From NCBI GenBank assembly GCA_046484245.1, contig JAWOBN010000014.1:1-39666 (forward strand): a stretch of DNA of 39,666 bases, in the 5' to 3' direction. The notes below the pieces were generated by a model, which had not been told where the DNA came from, did not search any database, and worked only from the letters and a program-made list of their open reading frames with translations. The stretch comes from a bacterium. GTDB lineage: Bacteria > Hydrothermota > 32-111. How positions within the stretch are numbered: position 1 is the stretch's first letter; each line of letters begins with the position of its first letter. Both the position numbers and the translations under genes were made by a program. Below are positions 9,946 to 17,653 of this stretch, piece after piece.

Positions 9946-11043
9946 TCAACTTATAATACTATCTATCTTACCCAGTCCGCATTCCTCATCCATTGATTTC
10001 ATTTCACCGAGGAGATTGTCTGAAATGGGTATTCCTTCCTTCTCTCTTTCCAGTGATGTATAGTACTCTTTCTCACCCGGTGTGTAAATTCTTTCACCTT
10101 TAACAGATTGCGAATTCCTCAATTGTCTCAGTATATTGCCTGCAGAATTCTTAAAGAGATCAATATCAATTAAATGTGACGGGTCAATAATAATAAAGAA
10201 ATGCCCCAGATGATAAGGTACAGGTTCTCCCTTTTCATTCATGCCATTGAGCATCTTGAGAAATGGCCCATTCTGGAATGCAGCACTGAGAATCTCCACA
10301 CTTGCTGTATATCCGTAACCCTTATGGCCGCCTGTGGACTCATCCGTGCCGCCCAGTGGTACAAATGACGCATCGCCTTCCCTGAGCATTTTCAGGGCAT
10401 TGTCCGGATTGGTCACAGGTTCTCCATTACTGTCTTTAACCCAGTTGCCGGGCAATTCTTTTCCCTCTCTTGCCATGTATTCCACCTTTCCTCTCTGTGC
10501 AATGGAAGTGGCGCAGTCAATATTGAAATTGAACTTCTCATCAGTGGGGATTCCGATTGTAAGGGGATTGGTCCCCATCATGCCTTCAATGCCGTGTATC
10601 GGTGAGACAGAGGGCCTTGCATTGGTGCCTGCAATACAGATGCAGTCACTTGCAGTAGCGAGATCCGTATAGTAACCCGCAATACCGTAATGAGAGGAGT
10701 CCTTGACAGCTACCATGCATGAACCGCTTTCCTTTGCCTTTTCAATGCCTCTCAGCATGCTGAACTGTGATACAACATGGCCCATGCCATTATTGCCATT
10801 AATAAGTATTGAAGAAGGGCTCTCCTTTTCAATTGTAATATTTGTCTCCGGATTGACTATCCCGAGTTTAATTCTGTCATAGTAGATTTTTTTCAGGCGT
10901 GAAATACCGTGAGAATCAATACCCTTTTTATCAGCATCAATAAGCACATCAGCAATAATTTCAGCATGCTCTTCAGGCACCTTGACGCCTATCAGTACTT
11001 CTTTCATGAATGAATGTAAATCCCTATGTCCTACTCTAATCAT
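9946..11043 (-). CDS. Ldh_2 family (type 2 malate/L-lactate) oxidoreductase
   Basis: GIDSHG, SSHYGIAGYY, GTNPL, D.ATS, GHKGYG and PGEKE motifs. 365 aa. Confidence 0.92.
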   Translation of the reverse strand: MIRVGHRDLHSFMKEVLIGVKVPEEHAEIIADVLIDADKKGIDSHGISRLKKIYYDRIKLGIVNPETNITIEKESPSSILINGNNGMGHVVSQFSMLRGIEKAKESGSCMVAVKDSSHYGIAGYYTDLATASDCICIAGTNARPSVSPIHGIEGMMGTNPLTIGIPTDEKFNFNIDCATSIAQRGKVEYMAREGKELPGNWVKDSNGEPVTNPDNALKMLREGDASFVPLGGTDESTGGHKGYGYTASVEILSAAFQNGPFLKMLNGMNEKGEPVPYHLGHFFIIIDPSHLIDIDLFKNSAGNILRQLRNSQSVKGERIYTPGEKEYYTSLEREKEGIPISDNLLGEMKSMDEECGLGKIDSIIS

Positions 11044-11049
11044 AAAACA

Positions 11050-11077
11050 AGTATAGATTCTCAGAAAATTAAGTCAA
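11050..11077 (-). promoter_or_regulatory. Putative sigma70 promoter for the Ldh_2 gene, probably leaderless
   Basis: On the minus strand, TTGACT(11077-11072)-16 bp-TATACT(11055-11050). ATG is 6 nt downstream, with no SD. Confidence 0.65.
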
Positions 11078-11121
11078 TCCCGTCGTTATTCCTCAAAATT
11101 AAAGTACTTGAAAGACATATG

Positions 11122-11325
11122 TTTCCTCATAAAAGATATGAGGCGGGGACAGTTCTCAAAAAGCACCTTTGCCAACCCGTGCATAACCGATAATTCGGTG
11201 CTGATGAGAATGTGTGAGCCTCACTGTCATTACATCAATCACTATGCTCAATGCTTTTTTATTAAGAAAAAACAATACATAATAATTATATTCAGTGACT
11301 TTTTCTTATGAGGAAAGACGTCCCG
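11122..11325. repeat. Degenerate inverted-repeat element of the GGGAC...GTCCC type
   Basis: tttcctcataa (11122-11132) is inverted at 11306-11316. ggggac at 11145-11150 and gtccc at 11320-11324 bracket an AT-rich interior. Confidence 0.4.
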
Positions 11326-11362
11326 TATAATATGATTTCAGCCAACAAGCTCCAGTCTCTAT

Positions 11363-11552
11363 TATCCGTTATGCATTTTCCTGTTTCCGTACATTCATGG
11401 CCGCCTTGACACGAAAGCTGGCAACCGGCAGCCGATGGCCGAAGGCAGGCAGATCAGCTCCGCTGCGATTTCTCGTGTCCCGTGTCTCTCACTTACTGAT
11501 TTCCTTGCTACTTGTTCCTTGCTACTTGTTACTTGCTACTTGTTACTTTGTA
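11363..11552. repeat. Cluster of heptamer (7-bp period) tandem repeat blocks
   Basis: 11504-11545 is six units of cttg(c/t)t(a/c). Shorter blocks are tatccgt/tttccgt (11363-11390), ggcaacc/ggcagcc (~11420) and tctcgtg/tcccgtg (11471-11484). Confidence 0.8.
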
Positions 11553-11594
11553 TCTCTTACTTCTCCCCGTGCTTTTTCTAAAATATCATTACAA

Positions 11595-11622
11595 TTGACA
11601 CATTGCCAAATGGTGGTAAAAT
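11595..11622 (+). promoter_or_regulatory. Putative sigma70 promoter for the sensor kinase
   Basis: TTGACA(11595-11600)-16 bp-TAAAAT(11617-11622) with TGn extension. SD aaggag at 11629-11634. Confidence 0.7.
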
Positions 11623-11640
11623 TAAAATAAGGAGATAAAA

Positions 11641-14109
11641 ATGTATTCAAGGAAAAATCTCTTTATTCTTATTATCCTGATTATCATATCATATAGCATT
11701 GTCTATTCATCTGACACAATAACAGTGGGTATCACTGATACCCCTCCCATTGTTTACATGGAGAACGGCAAAGCCAAAGGATTCTTTGTGGAATTACTGG
11801 AGCATATTGCAATGGAAGAGGGATGGTTTCTTCAGTATAGAATGGGGAGTCTCAATCAGTGCATTGAGCGGCTTGTAAATAATGAAATTGACCTTATAGC
11901 AGATATAGGGTTTTCGCCGGAGAGGGAATCCCTTCTAACCTTCAATGATGAAAATATCCTCTACACCTGGGCTGAATTCTATTCAATGGATGACCGGGAT
12001 ATACTGGATTACAATGATCTTCATATGCACACTATTGCTGTTGAGAAGGATGATTATTTTGTTTTTGACAGATACTTCGGACTGCAATTCATATTGGACA
12101 GAATAGGAATTGAGTATCAGTTTGTTGTAGTTGATGAGTACAGTGATGTTCTCAAGACAGTTGCAGACGGAAATGCTGAGGTCGGTGTTGTCAATCAGTT
12201 TTACGGCAGTGTCAATGCCGGCAAATTCGGGTTGACGAGAGCCGAACTCAAATTTGCTCCTGTTTCACTGAGATATGCTTCATCAGAAGGAGACAGCAAT
12301 ATACTGCTCAGCACTATTGACAATTATGTTGATGAAATGAAAAAGGACAGCGGTTCAGTATATTATCAATTAATGGAGAAATACATTGAAAAACCCAGGT
12401 TCCAAATCCCACTCTGGACAAAAATCATTCTTATTTGTTTTCTGATTACAATTATCATTGTTGTTGCGCTGCTTGTATCCAGAAATGCTGTTCTGCAGAG
12501 GCAGAGGAGAATGCTTGAGAAGAGCAAATATAAGAGGACTGAGTACAAGAAAACATTAAAAGAGATAAACAGATTGAGAAATAAGGTGATAGACGGCCTG
12601 CCTGTCGGGATTATCCTCCTTGATAAAAATTACTCTATTGAATATATAAATGATCTGGCAATTTCAATTCTTGAAAAAGCAGATAGTGCTCCGGAGGATA
12701 TTAATCTGTCTGCATTTGAACTCATAGACAGATGGGGAAAACAGAGCAATAGTTCCAGTCCCTTTGTCAGGGCAATAGAAAAGAGGCAGAATATCAATCA
12801 GGAACAGTTTCTCCTGAAGATGCCTCAAGGCAATAAAGCAATACTTATGAGCAGTATTCTGTTCAGTGATCCTGTAAATAAAAGGGAATACGCATTATTC
12901 ACAATAGAGGATATAACGGATATAAAGAACCTGGAGAAGCAAAAAACAATTGTTGAAGAGGAATTATTCCAATCTCAAAAAGTTGACTCTGTAGGCAGGC
13001 TTGCAAGCGGAATTGCCCATGATTTCAATAATATACTCACTGTGATACAGTCCAATGCAGAGGTTGTTCTTATGAATGGCGAAAAGAGAGTTGAGGATGT
13101 AAAGGAATCACTTATAGACATCATAAATGCTTCTGAGGTTGCAGCAAATCTGATAGGGCATCTTCTTCTTTTCAGCAGCAAGCAGCCGTTTACTGTTGAG
13201 GGTATAAGCATCAATAATCTGCTGAGGGATTTTATCAATACAATACGGAGGATAATAAGAAGTGATATCAAAATTGAGATGAAATTATCCGATGATATTG
13301 GCTGGATCATTGCGGATTTTAATTCAATCAAACAGATAATGCTCAATCTTATTGTTAATGCGAGAGATGCAATAAAAGAACAGGGCGGCGAGATAATAGT
13401 GGGTACGGAGAGTAAAACAGTTGATGATGAGGACAGGCATAGTGCAGGGGAATCAATGTCCGGCAAATACACCTGTTTCTATGTGGAGGACAATGGAGAG
13501 GGCATGGGTGAAGAAATAAAGAGACACATGTTTGAACCGTTCTTCACAACAAAGGATGCGAGCAAGGGGACAGGTCTGGGGCTTTCTGTTGTAAAAACCC
13601 TTATTGAGAAGCAGAACGGATTTCTTGATGTAGATACGCAAAGAGGCAGAGGGACAAGGTTTACTGTATGTTTTCCTCATTCTGATTTTATTGAGGAACA
13701 TATCCGCAGAGAGGATGATTCATTCAATGACCTCAAAGGCAATGGGGAGGCAATCCTCATTATTGAGGATGACAATATTATGCTGAGAACAGCTCAGAAC
13801 ACACTCGGGCAATTCAATTATCATGTATATGCAGCCAATTCCGCAAGTCAGGCAAGGATAATATTCACAGAGAATCCCGACAGCATAGATCTTGTCTTTA
13901 CTGACATCAATCTGCCTGACGGTAAAGGCACTGATGTGGCGGATGAGTTTATATCAAAGAAACCGGGATTGAAAATTATATTTACAAGCGGTTATATAGA
14001 CAGGGGATTTGATTCTACAATGACACAGTACAATCATATCAGTTTTATTCAGAAACCGTATATGTTCAGAACATTACTCAGTGAGATAAAGAAATTATTG
14101 AAAAAATGA
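11641..14109 (+). CDS. Hybrid sensor histidine kinase (periplasmic solute-binding domain, TM, PAS, HisKA, HATPase, receiver)
   Basis: N-terminal hydrophobic helix and SBP_bac_3-like region, then a TM helix and PAS-like segment. H-box IAHDFNNILT, N-box NLIVNARDA, DNGEG, FEPFFTTK..GTGLGL, and C-terminal REC domain (IEDD, TDINLP, KP). Confidence 0.93.
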   Translation: MYSRKNLFILIILIIISYSIVYSSDTITVGITDTPPIVYMENGKAKGFFVELLEHIAMEEGWFLQYRMGSLNQCIERLVNNEIDLIADIGFSPERESLLTFNDENILYTWAEFYSMDDRDILDYNDLHMHTIAVEKDDYFVFDRYFGLQFILDRIGIEYQFVVVDEYSDVLKTVADGNAEVGVVNQFYGSVNAGKFGLTRAELKFAPVSLRYASSEGDSNILLSTIDNYVDEMKKDSGSVYYQLMEKYIEKPRFQIPLWTKIILICFLITIIIVVALLVSRNAVLQRQRRMLEKSKYKRTEYKKTLKEINRLRNKVIDGLPVGIILLDKNYSIEYINDLAISILEKADSAPEDINLSAFELIDRWGKQSNSSSPFVRAIEKRQNINQEQFLLKMPQGNKAILMSSILFSDPVNKREYALFTIEDITDIKNLEKQKTIVEEELFQSQKVDSVGRLASGIAHDFNNILTVIQSNAEVVLMNGEKRVEDVKESLIDIINASEVAANLIGHLLLFSSKQPFTVEGISINNLLRDFINTIRRIIRSDIKIEMKLSDDIGWIIADFNSIKQIMLNLIVNARDAIKEQGGEIIVGTESKTVDDEDRHSAGESMSGKYTCFYVEDNGEGMGEEIKRHMFEPFFTTKDASKGTGLGLSVVKTLIEKQNGFLDVDTQRGRGTRFTVCFPHSDFIEEHIRREDDSFNDLKGNGEAILIIEDDNIMLRTAQNTLGQFNYHVYAANSASQARIIFTENPDSIDLVFTDINLPDGKGTDVADEFISKKPGLKIIFTSGYIDRGFDSTMTQYNHISFIQKPYMFRTLLSEIKKLLKK

Positions 14110-14138
14110 AAAACCTGCAGACAGGTCAAGGAGCGTAT

Positions 14139-14984
14139 ATGAAACAATTTATTATTCTGATATTTATCATTACTATTATGGGCTGCTCCACTTCGTACCC
14201 TGTTGTCATAGGCGAGACCCCTGTTCTGATTGACCGCAAGACAGCAGTGCTGAGTAATATACCTATGGAGTACATCAATAGGGCAAAGCAAGACCTCGTA
14301 ATTGCATACGGGCACACATCACACGGCAGTCAGCTGATTACAGGCATGGATGGACTTACTGATTTTGCAGGCAGTGATTATGCATTCGGTGCATACCCGG
14401 ATGACACCCTTCTAACTCTTTATGATACACCGTTTTCAGGTGCCTATGACCTCGGCAATCCCAACCGGACTGCATGGGCTGACGCCACGCGCGATTATCT
14501 GGATAATCACAGCAGCATCAATGTGGTGGTATGGTCCTGGTGCGGTCAGGTATCGGATGCTAGTGAGGAGGATATAGAGATGTATCTGACATTAATGAAT
14601 AATCTGGAGTATGAATACCCTGATATAATGTTTGTATATATGACAGGTCATCTGGATGGCAGTGGTAAAGACGGGAATCTCCATCTGCGCAATGAACAGA
14701 TCAGGGATTATTGCATTGCCAATAATAAAGTACTGTATGATTTTGCTGATATTGAGTCATATGACCCTGACGGTAATTATTATCTGGACAGATACTGTAA
14801 TGATAATTGTGATTTTGATTCCAATGGTGACGGTGTGCGTGATTCGAACTGGGCAATTGCATGGCAGAATAATAATCCGGGTGACTGGTATGAGTGCCCG
14901 GCTGCCCACACTCAGCCATTAAACGCCAATCTGAAGGCTTATGCTGCCTGGCATCTCTGGGCACGCCTTGCAGGATGGGAATAA
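14139..14984 (+). CDS. Uncharacterised lipoprotein, possibly SGNH-like hydrolase
   Basis: Start moved to ATG 14139 (SD aaggag, signal peptide with lipobox IMG-C). Motifs YGHTSHGSQ, WSWCG, YMTGHLDG, LYDFADIES and AHTQPLN. The fold is inferred. Confidence 0.75.
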   Translation: MKQFIILIFIITIMGCSTSYPVVIGETPVLIDRKTAVLSNIPMEYINRAKQDLVIAYGHTSHGSQLITGMDGLTDFAGSDYAFGAYPDDTLLTLYDTPFSGAYDLGNPNRTAWADATRDYLDNHSSINVVVWSWCGQVSDASEEDIEMYLTLMNNLEYEYPDIMFVYMTGHLDGSGKDGNLHLRNEQIRDYCIANNKVLYDFADIESYDPDGNYYLDRYCNDNCDFDSNGDGVRDSNWAIAWQNNNPGDWYECPAAHTQPLNANLKAYAAWHLWARLAGWE

Positions 14985-15002
14985 GTGTCAGTATTTTTGT
15001 GA

Positions 15003-15032
15003 AAAACCACCCTCCAATTGGAGGGTGGTTTT
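15003..15032. terminator. Perfect 30-bp palindrome; likely terminator derived from the repeat family
   Basis: aaaaccaccctccaa|ttggagggtggtttt lies 18 nt after the lipoprotein stop, with A/T tracts on both sides. Confidence 0.7.
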
Positions 15033-15232
15033 GACAAAATAAGGATAGAAGGACAGATGTTGAAACAGATTCAAGATAAGGGTTGATCATACACAATCAT
15101 AATCTCCTTGTATAAATCAAAAAGTTAAAGTAAACTTGAATGAATAATGGGTCTTTCCTGCTGTACCAGCCAACTCTTTTGGATATAAAGCTAAGATATA
15201 AAGATTATGAAGGCCTATTCCCGGGAATCGGA
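15018..15232 (-). repeat. Inverted diverged copy of the 38855-39104 repeat mosaic
   Basis: ttggagggtggttttgacaaaat...gttgaaacagattcaagat...tcatacacaatcat...aatgaataat...caactcttttgga...cccgggaatcgga aligns in order to the reverse complement of 38855-39104, with an internal deletion. Confidence 0.85.
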
Positions 15233-15327
15233 TACATGAGGAAACGGCAGATTCCATTATACAATCAATCCGGGGGTGATTATTACAGAAGGCAGGATAA
15301 ACCTCTCTTCTGCTTATTTTAATTCAC

Positions 15328-15355
15328 TTGACATTTATAATATAACTATTATATT
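15328..15355 (+). promoter_or_regulatory. Putative sigma70 promoter heading the long gene string, probably leaderless
   Basis: TTGACA(15328-15333)-16 bp-TATATT(15350-15355). ATG at 15362 is 6 nt downstream, with no SD. Confidence 0.65.
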
Positions 15356-15361
15356 AATTAT

Positions 15362-15916
15362 ATGGATAAGGATATCAGTTATTCCATATTGCTCAATGCA
15401 TTGTGGACGGAAAACAGTGAGCTCCTGGACCAGATATATCATTACATTATAAAGGAAAAACTGACGGACAGGAATATTCTCATAAGGATGATGAAATATA
15501 CTTATTCAATGATGTATGAAGACAAGTATCTCAATCTTTTAAAGGTTTTTTCCCCGGCTGCCCAAAGCAGGAGTGAGATTGCTTATTTTGTATCATTCTA
15601 TTTTCTCATGAAGAATTCCCCGTATCATGCATTCATGTGTTTCAAGACAGTAAAGAGGGATGAGTCACCGTATTATTATGAACTGGCAAAGCACAATATA
15701 AAATTCCTTCAAAACACCAATTCCAAGATAACAGATATGGTTAAGAAATCACTGAAAAAGGCATTGAAGGAAGACCCTGATAATATTTCCCTGAAGGAAC
15801 AGCTGGATAATCTGCTGAATATTGAGAATGAAGTGACAAAGACAGTGAGGGAGATGATAGAATTCACACAGAAGGATAATTATCAGGGGCAGAATAATTT
15901 CAATACCCGGTTATGA
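15362..15916 (+). CDS. Hypothetical protein (helical, possibly TPR-like)
   Basis: 184-aa ORF behind a promoter, overlapping the next gene (ATGA). KALKEDPDN resembles a TPR turn. Confidence 0.7.
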   Translation: MDKDISYSILLNALWTENSELLDQIYHYIIKEKLTDRNILIRMMKYTYSMMYEDKYLNLLKVFSPAAQSRSEIAYFVSFYFLMKNSPYHAFMCFKTVKRDESPYYYELAKHNIKFLQNTNSKITDMVKKSLKKALKEDPDNISLKEQLDNLLNIENEVTKTVREMIEFTQKDNYQGQNNFNTRL

Positions 15917-16641
15917 TTAAATTAATCACCTTTGATCTCTGGAATACCGTTGTCTCCGGCAAAAACAGCAAGAAGCATTTTCAGTACAGGGTAGAGAGAA
16001 TAAAGGACCTTGCTGCAGCTCACAGTACAGATATTTCCGACGAACAGATTGAGAAGGGGCTTGATGCAGCATGGGCTTATTTTATGGAAGAATGGGATAA
16101 CAGGGTCTATACCCCAACTGCAAGGGCAATGATGAATGTATTCTACAAGTCAGCTGAAATTGAACCATCCCCTGAATTATCTGAAAGTCTGAGCTGCTTC
16201 ATGGAGGATTCCCTGCTTGATATGGATAATTCTCCTGTTGATGGTGTTGACAATTTAATAGAGGAGCTGAATGAGAAATTCATACTTGCCATTGTATCAG
16301 ATACAGGATATACACCCGGCAGGAATCTGAGAATACTGCTCAAGAATATCGGGCTTTTCAGATATTTCTCATTCTTCGCATTCTCAGATGAGATAGGTGT
16401 CTCCAAACCTGACAGGAGGATATTTGAATATGTGCTGAATTATGCGGGTATAATGCCTGATGAATCCCTGCACATAGGCGATCTGCTGAGGACTGACATT
16501 GAAGGAGCCAATAAATCGGGAATGAAATCAGTGCATTTTCACAGGGAGAATTTTCACAAGGAAGAAGAGCATCCGGCAGTGCCCAGCTACAAGACAGATA
16601 ATGCATCTGACATATATGATTTTGTATCATCTATTCATTAA
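15913..16641 (+). CDS. HAD family hydrolase
   Basis: FDLWNT motif I, VSDT, SKPD..IF and HIGDLLRTDIEGA motif IV. Confidence 0.92.
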   Translation: MIKLITFDLWNTVVSGKNSKKHFQYRVERIKDLAAAHSTDISDEQIEKGLDAAWAYFMEEWDNRVYTPTARAMMNVFYKSAEIEPSPELSESLSCFMEDSLLDMDNSPVDGVDNLIEELNEKFILAIVSDTGYTPGRNLRILLKNIGLFRYFSFFAFSDEIGVSKPDRRIFEYVLNYAGIMPDESLHIGDLLRTDIEGANKSGMKSVHFHRENFHKEEEHPAVPSYKTDNASDIYDFVSSIH

Positions 16642-16653
16642 ATGGGAGGAATC

Positions 16654-17652
16654 ATGACAGAAGAAGGTCTCCAGTTACAGCATTTTATTCTCAATGAACA
16701 AAAGAAATTTCCCTATGCAAAGGGTGATTTCACCATCCTGCTCTCCGATATAATTCTCGCCAGCAAGATCATATCACGCGAGGTCAACAAGGCGGGACTG
16801 GCTGATATACTGGGCAAAGCGGGGAAGGAGAATGTACAGGGTGAGCAGGTTCAGAAACTGGATGATTTTGCCAATGACACATTGGTAAATATACTGTCAA
16901 GGAATCAGACAGTGGGCGGTGTTGCATCAGAGGAAATGGCTGACCCCATAATATTTGAAAAACATACTGAAGCCAGATATATTGTCCTGTTTGACCCTCT
17001 TGACGGTTCATCCAATATTGATGTGAATGTCTCCATAGGCACCATATTCTCCATATACAGGCTGGATGGTGATGGAGAATGCACGGAATCCCATTTCCTG
17101 AGAAAGGGCCGTGAACAGGTTGCATCCGGATATATACTCTATGGTTCATCCACAATGCTCGTATTCACAACAGGTGAGGGGGTGCACGGATTCACCATGG
17201 ACCCGTCTCTGGGGGAATTCATACTGTCCCATGAGGATATAATGATACCGGAGAAATCAAAGAAGATAATCTCCATCAATGCCGGAAATTACAGATACTG
17301 GGATGAGAGAACCCGGGAAATATATGAGTATTTTGTAAAAGGCACTGAGAAGGCATTTTCCCTGAGGTATATAGGATCCCTCGTAGCTGATTTTCACAGG
17401 AATCTCCTCTATGGCGGTGTATTTATGTATCCCATGGACTATAAGATGAAGGATAAGCCGAGGGGCAAACTGCGCCTTATGTATGAGGCAAATCCGCTTG
17501 CCATGATCATAGAACAGGCAGGTGGCAGAGCAATAAACGGCAGTACGGATATTCTGGATATTGATCCGGAGAGACTTCATCAGAGAGAACCCCTCTTTAT
17601 CGGGAATAAGGAATACATTTCAATCATTACGGATTATTTGAACGGGAGTTAA
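16654..17652 (+). CDS. fbp: Fructose-1,6-bisphosphatase class 1
   Basis: [37 protein letters not shown] and [11 protein letters not shown] motifs. Start placed after SD ggagga (alternative 16642). Confidence 0.97.
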   Translation: MTEEGLQLQHFILNEQKKFPYAKGDFTILLSDIILASKIISREVNKAGLADILGKAGKENVQGEQVQKLDDFANDTLVNILSRNQTVGGVASEEMADPIIFEKHTEARYIVLFDPLDGSSNIDVNVSIGTIFSIYRLDGDGECTESHFLRKGREQVASGYILYGSSTMLVFTTGEGVHGFTMDPSLGEFILSHEDIMIPEKSKKIISINAGNYRYWDERTREIYEYFVKGTEKAFSLRYIGSLVADFHRNLLYGGVFMYPMDYKMKDKPRGKLRLMYEANPLAMIIEQAGGRAINGSTDILDIDPERLHQREPLFIGNKEYISIITDYLNGS

Positions 17653-17653
17653 A

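Noticed and set aside
11108..11630. ORFs 11108-11311 and 11397-11630
   Set aside because: They translate repeat DNA (the LLVPCYLLLATCY pattern comes from heptamers) and overlap the kinase promoter.
15140..15322. 60-aa ORF
   Set aside because: It lies largely within the inverted repeat copy, with no SD or motif.
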